Source of the DNA: Acidobacteriaceae bacterium
Lineage (GTDB): Bacteria > Acidobacteriota > Terriglobia > Terriglobales > Acidobacteriaceae
NCBI GenBank assembly: GCA_003132405.1
Contig: PKXQ01000066.1
Location: 1,612 to 65,611 of the forward strand
Length of the DNA: 64,000 bases
Reading direction: 5' to 3'
Within the stretch, counting starts at the first letter, position 1; the number at the start of each line of letters is the position of its first letter. This document shows positions 56,411 through 64,000 of the stretch, in pieces. The position numbers and the translations under genes were made by a program. The notes under the pieces were generated by a model. The model saw only the letters and a list, made by a program, of their open reading frames with translations. It ran no database searches and was not told the DNA's origin.

Positions 56411-56932
56411 TTAGGCACCGGCCGCTTTTTCGGGCACCCGCGTTATGCCTGTGCTCTCCAACTGGTGGCGCAGTTTCTTCACCAGTTCGTGGACAGACTG
56501 TATTCTTTCGCTGGCCGCCAAGGGCAATTCTGGGGTATCCAGAGCAAGCTCACTGGAGAGGAGCAAGGCGGTCACGGTGTCGTTCAGTTCGCTTTGGAGG
56601 CGGCCAATGGCGGATTGGCGGGCCTGTATTTCTTCGCGCTTGCGGCGTTGGACGGCGGCGCGGACATCGCGGACGAGGCGATCGACGCCGCTGATCGCGA
56701 GGTTGACTTGCACCGGAATGGCAGTGCCCAAATGTTCGAGTGTGGTGTCGGCTTCGCGGGGCTCGGCTTCGACAAGATACTGATCGAATACCGCGGCCGA
56801 GTAGCAGCCAGCGCGCAAGAGCGTGGCGGCGCGGGGCAAACTTTCCGCCACGTTTACTTCTTCGCCAGTTGCCCCATGCAGCGCCGTTGCGCATTCGCCG
56901 GCGCGATCGCTTGGCGTCACGAGAAGGATCAT
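56411..56932 (-). CDS. hypothetical receiver-like protein with C-terminal coiled coil (no recognisable output domain)
   Basis: 173 aa. MILLVTPSD...AAVFDQYL has a receiver-like layout but the acidic pocket is incomplete. The C-terminal helix IGRLQSELNDTVTALLLSSELAL looks DHp-like but lacks a His. Confidence 0.5.
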   Translation of the reverse strand: MILLVTPSDRAGECATALHGATGEEVNVAESLPRAATLLRAGCYSAAVFDQYLVEAEPREADTTLEHLGTAIPVQVNLAISGVDRLVRDVRAAVQRRKREEIQARQSAIGRLQSELNDTVTALLLSSELALDTPELPLAASERIQSVHELVKKLRHQLESTGITRVPEKAAGA

Positions 56933-57106
56933 GCCGGAGTCTTCGCAACTTGCAGGCCAAATGCCTTTTTCTGAAAATGAATGAGTTAGCGAGACGCGCT
57001 TCGGCTTGGCGTTCCGTTTTGGGCGGGACTAGTCACGGCTAATTTGTAATTGGTAATCGAAAGTCAAAATCAATCACAAACCGCAAATCACAAATTACAA
57101 ATTCCG

Positions 57107-58522
57107 CTACCTCGCCTCGTATTCCTTCAGCTTGCGATAGAGAGTGGTTTTGCCGATGCCGAGCAGGCGCGCTGCCAGCATTTTGTCTCCGTTGACCTGG
57201 GTTAGCGCGCTTAGAATGCTTTGTTTCTCCAGTTCCGCCATGGGCACTATGCCGTTTGTCGGGTGGCTCATGGCCATCATGTCGGCGGGTGCGCCATAGA
57301 TCTGTGTGGGGAGATCGCGGAGTTGAATCTCGTGGGCGCTGCTGAGGGCGCAGGCGCGTTCGAGTGAGTTTTCCAGTTCGCGGACGTTTCCTGGCCAATC
57401 GTAATTCAGAAGCGCCTTGAGGGCCTCGTCTGAGATCTTTTTCTCCATGCCGGCGTCGTGCCCGATGCGCTCGAGAATATGAGCTACGAGGAGGGGGATG
57501 TCCTGGCGGCGCTCGCGCAGAGGGGGAATGCGCAGAGTAAGGACGTTGAGGCGGAAGAAGAGATCGCGACGGAACGTGCCTTCGGTGACCGACCGTTCGA
57601 GGTCGCGATTGGTGGCGGCGAGAATGCGCACGTTGATGGGGACGCGCTTCACACTGCCGACGGGACGGATTTCTTTTTCCTGAATGGCGCGAAGTAGCTT
57701 GGCTTGCAGATCGACGGGCAGTTCGCCAATCTCGTCGAGAAATACGGTGCCGCCTTCGGCGATCGCGAGCAATCCATCCTTTGGATTTGTCGCGCCGGTG
57801 AAGGCTCCGCGGACGTGGCCGAAGAGCTCGCTTTCGATCAAGGTGGGCACGAGCGATCCGCAATCGACGGGAATGAATGGCTTGTTGCGGAAGACGCCGG
57901 AGAAGTGAATGGACTTGGCGACCAGCTCTTTGCCGGTGCCGCTTTCGCCGAGGATGAGCACGGGATGGACGCTCTGTCCCGCTTTGGCGATGATGCGGTA
58001 GAGCTTTTCCATATCGGGCGCACGGCCGATGAGGTTGCCGAAGCCCTGCCGCGATTTGATGGTCTCGCGGAGAACGCGATTTTCGCTCTTTAATCGCAGG
58101 TGACCCGCGACGCGCTCTAAGAGCAGCCGGAGTTCTTCCATGCTGAAGGGCTTGGTGACGTAGTCATAGGCGCCATCCTTCATTGCCTGCACGGCGGATT
58201 GCACGGTGCCGTGGCCGGTGACGACGATGACCAGCGCCTCGGCGCGATGCTTTCTGATGTTATGCAGAGCGTCGAGGCCGCCCGAGCCGGGCAGGCGCAG
58301 GTCGAGGAGGACGGCGTCGGTGCTCGAGCTGTCGAGCAGGCGGTAGGCCTGTTCGGCGGACTCGGCGGTCTGGGTGTTGAAGCCGAGCGACTGGGCCACC
58401 TCGCGGCAAGCCTCGCGGATGGAGCGGTCGTCGTCGACGATGAGAAGGTTGAGGAAATTCGCGCCTTCGATCTGCGGCGGGCGGCTGTGGGTGAGCACGG
58501 CGGCGGTGGATGCGCTGAACAT
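57107..58522 (-). CDS. NtrC-family sigma-54-dependent response regulator
   Basis: 471 aa. Receiver LLIVDDD...[14 protein letters not shown]+ motifs [23 protein letters not shown] and [30 protein letters not shown]. Confidence 0.9.
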   Translation of the reverse strand: MFSASTAAVLTHSRPPQIEGANFLNLLIVDDDRSIREACREVAQSLGFNTQTAESAEQAYRLLDSSSTDAVLLDLRLPGSGGLDALHNIRKHRAEALVIVVTGHGTVQSAVQAMKDGAYDYVTKPFSMEELRLLLERVAGHLRLKSENRVLRETIKSRQGFGNLIGRAPDMEKLYRIIAKAGQSVHPVLILGESGTGKELVAKSIHFSGVFRNKPFIPVDCGSLVPTLIESELFGHVRGAFTGATNPKDGLLAIAEGGTVFLDEIGELPVDLQAKLLRAIQEKEIRPVGSVKRVPINVRILAATNRDLERSVTEGTFRRDLFFRLNVLTLRIPPLRERRQDIPLLVAHILERIGHDAGMEKKISDEALKALLNYDWPGNVRELENSLERACALSSAHEIQLRDLPTQIYGAPADMMAMSHPTNGIVPMAELEKQSILSALTQVNGDKMLAARLLGIGKTTLYRKLKEYEAR

Positions 58523-58559
58523 AGTGAATCTCCTGGACGTAACTTGACGAGTAACTCAA

Positions 58560-59981
58560 TCAAACATTCCTGCTGGAACCATTCTCGTCCGACGATTCGG
58601 GGATCTCGGATGATTCGGGGATCGAGGTCATGGCTGCGACGGTTTCGAGGGCGGGAAAAAACACTTCGATTGAGGTGCCGCGGCCCGGTTCGCTCTGCAC
58701 CTCGATGACGCCGCCCGCGGCGCTGACGATGCGTTGCACGGTGGCCAGACCGAGGCCGGTGCCCTCGCCGGGATTCTTGGTGGTAAAGAAAGGCTCAAAT
58801 AGGCGGGCTTGCGTGGCGGCGTCCATGCCGCAGCCATTGTCGGTGACCGCGAGCGCCACGGCATGGCGTACAACGCCCAGCGTCCCGGGAAACTCCGTTA
58901 CACGGGTTCTCAGCCTGATCTTTCCGCCGTGGGGCATGGCGTCGCGCGCGTTCAGCACCAGGTTCAGGAGAATCTGGCGCAACTGAGCGGGGTCGACAAA
59001 GACAAGTCCGGCATCGGAGTGGATCGCCGAATCGATGATGGCAATGCGTGGGGGATTGAGAATGTTGTCTGGAAACTTATCCAGAGCGTTATCCAGAACG
59101 TTGTCCAGAACTGTGACCAGCTCAATCTGTTCGCCGATCAGCCGCTGCAAGAGGTTTTTCGTGGAAGCCACGATTTCGTTGATTTTTACAGGGCGCGGCT
59201 CGGCGGCTTGCTTGCGGGCGATGGACAAGAGTTGATGAGTTAGCGCCGCACCCTGCTCGCCGGCCATGCGGACTTCATCGACATGCTGGCTGAGTTCGCT
59301 GGTCGTGGGACGGCCGCTTTCGATTGCGAAGCCGTCGAATGCGCTGCCGTCGCGGCCGTTTTTTTCGAGACCGGCGGTCAAGAGATCGCAGTAGAGCAGA
59401 ATGCCGGTGAGCAGGTTATTGAAGTCGTGGGCGATGCCTCCGGCGAGGCGGCCGATGACCTCCATTTTTTCGGCCTCACGCAGATGTTCCTGTATGAGCC
59501 TGCGCTCGGTGGCATCCTCGAGGAGCGCGATCAGAAAAGCGGGCTGGCGGCGGGCATCGCGGCCAAGCGATACGGTTAGATGGCCCCAGAGTTCGGAACC
59601 ATCTTTACGTAGATAGCGCTTTTCGAGTTCGAAGCAAGCGCGCTGGCCGCAGATCAGTTCATCGAGACACCTTTGGTCAGGCGAAATATCGTCGGGGCGA
59701 GAATCGGGCGACGAATCGGCCGAGGAATCGCGTTGCTCCAGACTTGGACCGGGCGAAGAATGATGTTGTTTGCCGGTTCCGAGAGCGAGTGCGCCGGCGT
59801 GCGTCCCGGCGAGTTCCTGCGAAGTGTAGCCGAGCAGACGGCTGAGCGCCGTATTCGCTTCCAGAATCTGGCCATCGAGTTGGCAGATCCCGATGCCAAT
59901 GGCGGCTTCTTCGAACATGGTTCGCAGGCGGCGATCACGGTCGTAATCGTAAGCAGCCGGAAGCTGAGTCAGCACATTCAT
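58560..59981 (-). CDS. PAS sensor histidine kinase (cognate partner of the NtrC-type regulator)
   Basis: 473 aa. PAS module ([12 protein letters not shown]), H-box [19 protein letters not shown] and [12 protein letters not shown]. Confidence 0.85.
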   Translation of the reverse strand: MNVLTQLPAAYDYDRDRRLRTMFEEAAIGIGICQLDGQILEANTALSRLLGYTSQELAGTHAGALALGTGKQHHSSPGPSLEQRDSSADSSPDSRPDDISPDQRCLDELICGQRACFELEKRYLRKDGSELWGHLTVSLGRDARRQPAFLIALLEDATERRLIQEHLREAEKMEVIGRLAGGIAHDFNNLLTGILLYCDLLTAGLEKNGRDGSAFDGFAIESGRPTTSELSQHVDEVRMAGEQGAALTHQLLSIARKQAAEPRPVKINEIVASTKNLLQRLIGEQIELVTVLDNVLDNALDKFPDNILNPPRIAIIDSAIHSDAGLVFVDPAQLRQILLNLVLNARDAMPHGGKIRLRTRVTEFPGTLGVVRHAVALAVTDNGCGMDAATQARLFEPFFTTKNPGEGTGLGLATVQRIVSAAGGVIEVQSEPGRGTSIEVFFPALETVAAMTSIPESSEIPESSDENGSSRNV

Positions 59982-60374
59982 AAGACAATGTCGGTCTCAG
60001 GTCTCAGGAGAAAGTGTGTGACACTCGACTCTTTGCTCGGATTCCACTGCGGGAAATGTGTGTGTGCTTTTCCGCTAATGAACCGACCTGAACCTGATTA
60101 GGGAAAGTGTAGAGCGAATCCGATTGCGGCAAAGTGCGGTCCATCACACCAAATTTGTGATGATTCCGGGGGGAGGCGCAATGAATGGTTGACCGCAAAA
60201 CTTTGCCCTCGCGTCCGCATCCCGCGCGGAAATGCAGTTCCGTCCGAGGTATAATTCGGCTGCCTTTTTTAGGGCTCGCGACGAACCCTTGTGGGGGAGA
60301 TCGTCAGGGCGCCGAGGGCAGTTCCAAAGCGGCATTCAAGAACAATCCAACTCTGAAAATCGTGGGAGACTACT

Positions 60375-61868
60375 ATGAAACTGCGCATCGTTGCGATCAC
60401 CCTGGTTCTGTTTTTCGTCACCACATTGGCGTACTCCCAATCGTGGATTCCGTTGGTCAACCAACCAAACGATACCCTCGGACTGGGCAATCCTTTGTTG
60501 CTGACCGACGGCACCGTGATCCTGCATCAGGCTTGCGGACCGCAGTGGTATAAGCTGACGCCGGATCAATTCGGCAACTATGTAAACGGCACGTGGACGC
60601 GGATTGCGTCGTTGCCCGCGGGCTACGCTCCTCTTTATTTCGGATCGGCGGTGTTGCCGGACGGACGAGTGGTGATGGAGGGCGGCGAATACAACGCGCC
60701 CAACGGGCCGAACAGTTGCAATGGTGTGTGGACGAATCTGGGTGCCATCTACGATCCGATCAAAAATCAGTGGACATCGATTGCTCCGCCAACTGGCTGG
60801 GGCAGCATTGGAGATGCGCAATCGGTCATCCTGCCCAATGGACTTTACATGCAGGCGAATTGTTGCACGACGGAGCAGGCGATTCTCAATCCCTCGAACC
60901 TGACATGGGCGATTACTGGCAAAGGGAAGGCCGATGTTAATGATGAAGAAGGCTGGAATCTTTTGCCGGACGGGACGGTGCTCACCGTCGATGCCTACGT
61001 CTTTAAGAAGAACTCGACGGGAAAGAATTACGAAATCTACAATCCCACGACTGGTTCGTGGAGAAGCGGGCCAAAAACCGGCACCATGGTTCAACTGTGG
61101 GATTCGTATCCCGATGCGCAATACTCATCTCACGAAGTTGGCCCAGCGGTGTTGCGGTACGACGGCACGGTATTCGCGACAGGAGCGAATGGCGCGCCCG
61201 GAGAACCGGGACACACGTCCATCTATGACACCAGCACGAAGGCCTGGACGGCTGGCCCTGATTTTCCCGGCGATCTCGATATTGCCGACGGTCCGGCATC
61301 GATACTGCCCAATGGCAACGTGCTCATGCTGACCAGCCCCGGCATCTTTAATCTTGGCGGCGTATTCCTGGAGTGGGATGGAACCGGCTTTACCGATGTC
61401 ACCAAGGGCAATACTGACGCGCCCAATATCTCTTCTTACTATGGAAATATGCTGGTGCTGCCGACGGGCGAAGTTCTATTTACGGATTTCGGCAATGTCT
61501 GGGTTTATCGCTCGAAGGGAAGTCCGAACCCGGCCTGGCTCCCGCAGATCACATCCGCGCCCACGACGGTAAGCCGCGAAAAGTCGTATGTAGTTTCGGG
61601 CTATAACCTGAATGGCTTCACCCAGGGCGCGGCCTACGGAGATGACGCGCAGGCGGCGACGAATTATCCGCTCGTCCGTCTGACCAACCGAGTCACGGGA
61701 AACGTCTACTACGCGCGCACCACCAACCCGAGCACGATGGGCATCGCCTACACCGGCGTCGCCTCCACGAACTTCGTGGTCTCAAGTAAAACCGAAACCG
61801 GACTCAGCAATTTACAGGTGGTGGTGAATGGGCTAGCTTCGGCTCCGGTCACGGTGAACATTCAATAA
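60375..61868 (+). CDS. secreted beta-propeller protein, kelch/glyoxal-oxidase-like with C-terminal Ig-like (DUF1929-like) domain
   Basis: 497 aa with signal peptide MKLRIVAITLVLFFVTTLAYS. Repeated LPDG/LPNG-x-V blades. The C-terminal ~100 aa (YVVSGYNLNG...NYPLVRLTN...VVNGLASAPVTV) resemble the E-set tail of glyoxal/galactose oxidases. The product call is tentative. Confidence 0.6.
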   Translation: MKLRIVAITLVLFFVTTLAYSQSWIPLVNQPNDTLGLGNPLLLTDGTVILHQACGPQWYKLTPDQFGNYVNGTWTRIASLPAGYAPLYFGSAVLPDGRVVMEGGEYNAPNGPNSCNGVWTNLGAIYDPIKNQWTSIAPPTGWGSIGDAQSVILPNGLYMQANCCTTEQAILNPSNLTWAITGKGKADVNDEEGWNLLPDGTVLTVDAYVFKKNSTGKNYEIYNPTTGSWRSGPKTGTMVQLWDSYPDAQYSSHEVGPAVLRYDGTVFATGANGAPGEPGHTSIYDTSTKAWTAGPDFPGDLDIADGPASILPNGNVLMLTSPGIFNLGGVFLEWDGTGFTDVTKGNTDAPNISSYYGNMLVLPTGEVLFTDFGNVWVYRSKGSPNPAWLPQITSAPTTVSREKSYVVSGYNLNGFTQGAAYGDDAQAATNYPLVRLTNRVTGNVYYARTTNPSTMGIAYTGVASTNFVVSSKTETGLSNLQVVVNGLASAPVTVNIQ

Positions 61869-61888
61869 CAGGAAGTGGTCCCAACTAT

Positions 61889-61927
61889 GAGGGTTCCATC
61901 CGAGGGAGCTGCTTGGATGGAACCCTC
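61889..61927. terminator. 13-bp perfect hairpin between convergent genes (possible bidirectional terminator)
   Basis: GAGGGTTCCATCC (61889-61901) and GGATGGAACCCTC (61915-61927) with a 13-nt loop. There is no clear U-tract. Confidence 0.4.
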
Positions 61928-61964
61928 GATCATTTAGCCGATCGCTTCGTCTCCACGATCTAGC

Positions 61965-63621
61965 CTAGTCATCGTCGCCGTCATTATCGAGCGGTGTCGG
62001 TGGGCCCTTTTGTGCGTCTTGCCCGAGGAAGTGGCTCGCATCTGCCAGCGCGGGAACGGGCTTGTACGATCGAAATGAGCCGGTAAAGAAGTTGCTCAGA
62101 TCGGAGGTGGCGCGAGCGTCGGCGACTCCTAGCGCCCCTTCAGCGATGCCGTAAATTGCTTCGATGGTACGGAGGATGCTACCGAAGTCGTAATTGTCAT
62201 TGTCGATATAACCCGGCGGCGTGTAGGCGGAAACTACGATGAGTGGTACACGAAAGCCGAGTTGATAGTCTCCCGGGCAATTGGTTGACGTGCACGGCAG
62301 ACCTGCCAGGTTGGGCGCGGGCTGATGATCGGACCAGCCTCCCCAATCGTCCCAGGTGACGATGATGGCCGTATCGCTCCAGAGAGTCTCGCCAGCGTCG
62401 GTTGTTTCCGGACCGCATTTGGGATTCTGGCCAATGGCATTGATGACCGCCGCTACCCAGGATGGGCCATAGTAATTGTTATTGCCGCCCGCGTGATCGG
62501 ACCAATCTCCATTCGGAATCACCCAACTTACGCTGGCAAGATTACAGTTAGTAATGTCGTTCAGGACGTCCGCGCCCTTGTATTTGAGGTCGACGTTGAG
62601 CTGCCATTCCGTGCCGCTGCACTCCAGGGCTGAGCTATGTTTAGCGTTGAATTTGGGCACGCAAATATCTTGAATGGAATTTGGAGCGGTCCATATGGAG
62701 CCGGCCGAAGGCGCGTAATACTTCCATGTAACGGATCGCGCGTCGAGCACGCTTCCCATGGTGGGCTTGCTGTCGCAAAAACTGCCTACCGGGTTAGTCG
62801 GAAAGACGAGGGAACTATTGGTTAGCAGACACTCCTGTACCGAATCATTGTCGTAGCGAATGCAAGCCTCCCCAATACCGTCGATTGCCGGAGAGAGCAA
62901 CCGAGTCGTCGCGTTCTTTGGAGCTAGACAACCCGAACTGCTTTCCAGCGGGGAAAAGTTCTCGGAAACAAAAGTAGAAGTGGCGTCCTCGGCGGAAGAC
63001 CGGGCCGAGGTCCCACTGAAAATAAATTGATGGGCTGGATAGCTGGGCCCCTGGTTCGTCTGATACATGAAGTTCGCCCATCCATATTGCTCGGCGAATG
63101 TCAGGTAAGGATCGAGGAGGTAGCCCGGCTTGCCGTCATAGTTGGTGACAGACTGGTTCAGGATATACCGATGAGAATTCTGGCCTTTAACACTCTGCTT
63201 GATCTGCCACGCGCCATCGTTGCGGCAGGCGAAATTATTCGTGGGGTCGGGGTCGCACATCAGCGAAAACGCTTTATGAGTGTGGCCGGGATCCGTGCTG
63301 CCTTTCATCGGAACACCGGACGAGGTGATCGGCACTACTTCGCGCGATCGATTCGAAAGTCCGCAGGGTGAGATGTTGTAGCAACTCGTAGTTACAGGGT
63401 TGGGTGTGCACGCGCTTAAGCCGCTGGCACCGTTGGGAATGGCGCAGAGCGGGCTCAAATAGTGGAAGAGGTTGTCGGGGTGTCCGGTTCTCCTGGACGA
63501 TCACGACTAGGTGCGTGATTTGCGGAGGGAAAGATGGCGTCTTCAGCGCAGGAGTTTTGGATTGCGCGAGCAGGGTCGCGGACAGAGCGAGCAACAGCGG
63601 AGTCATGGCGAAGGACTTCAT
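61965..63621 (-). pseudogene. phosphoesterase-family protein (phospholipase C / acid phosphatase family), interrupted by a +1 frameshift near 63477
   Basis: The 5' ORF (63274-63621) gives a signal peptide MKSFAMTPLLLALSATLLAQS...ITHLVVIVQENRTP and then reads as nonsense. The next frame continues PDNLFHYLSPLCAIPNG... into the 497-aa ORF 61965-63458. The junction is ACACCCCGAC on the coding strand (GGGG at 63477-63480 on the plus strand). Confidence 0.75.
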
Positions 63622-64000
63622 TGATCACCTTTTTTGCTGAACTACCGGGCGCAACGGCCCTGGCGAAACCGGTGCGGGCGGGTGACCAAGTCGGCATTCT
63701 TTCACCGAACAGCTGAAACCCAGTGTCCCGCGCTCCATTGGGGGGGGCATAGGAGCGTCAGTAAGTCTGAAACAAGCCCAACCGGTTCGTCAAATTAATT
63801 CTTCGATAAAACGTAGAAAGTAGTGCACAGCGAACAGTCAGCGCCGGATCCGATATGCCTATCATCATGTTGTGACCAAAAGTCATTATGAGCGTTGTTG
63901 CCCTAACAAAACAAGATTCCTGCGAACCGATTTACGCTCTCCGCGTAATTGGCATCCTAAGAGCGGCACCAGCCATGAATGGAGAACTGTATTTTGAAAA

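Noticed and set aside
63716-64000. AT-richer terminal 285 nt, with a possible ORF start at 63888 (MSVVALTKQDSCEPIYALRVIG...) running off the window
   Set aside because: It is too short and truncated to assess and matches no motif I recognise. I left it unannotated.
1-64000. tRNA, rRNA, tmRNA and common riboswitches (SAM, T-box, TPP) near the amino-acid and aaRS genes
   Set aside because: I saw no T-loop (GGTTCGAATCC-like) or cloverleaf candidates and no recognisable riboswitch cores by eye. This is a weak negative and should be confirmed with tRNAscan-SE or Infernal.

Overview
A 64 kb high-GC chromosomal segment (GC judged by eye, not computed). It looks like an Acidobacteriota (Terriglobia-type) genome. 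The grounds are three paralogous acidobacterial-type VWA proteins, a TPR-tailed Ser/Thr kinase, two sigma-54 enhancer-binding proteins, and several families of short hairpin repeats in the intergenic spacers. About 80% of genes are on the minus strand.

Gene content, in window order:
- Amino-acid metabolism: a Cys/Met PLP enzyme, ilvE, thrC and thrB.
- Transporters (MFS, APC, EamA, VIT1), a large PIG-L deacetylase and a Ser/Thr kinase.
- A co-directional amide-ligase module: ATP-grasp, GCS2 ligase, M29 aminopeptidase and a second ATP-grasp-like protein, plus an esterase.
- A PAS/sigma-54 activator split by a frameshift.
- mglA without mglB, and three VWA paralogs with CAP and DUF3052-like genes.
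- rluD, lgt, and zapB-like/zapA followed by a candidate 6S RNA.
- An aminotransferase, then the infC-rpmI-rplT-pheS-pheT block.
- Secreted enzymes: a multicopper oxidase, two phosphoesterases (one frameshifted) and a kelch-like protein.
- A GT4 glycosyltransferase and a dense seven-gene two-component cluster.

I saw no rRNA, tRNA, CRISPR array, transposase or integrase. The two most unusual items are:
1. A ~225-aa PD-(D/E)xK / Mrr-like nuclease-type module with atypical codon usage, fused in frame to the C-terminus of PheT.
2. The multi-ligase plus aminopeptidase module at 15.5-21 kb.

All functional calls come from motif recognition by eye. No searches were run.
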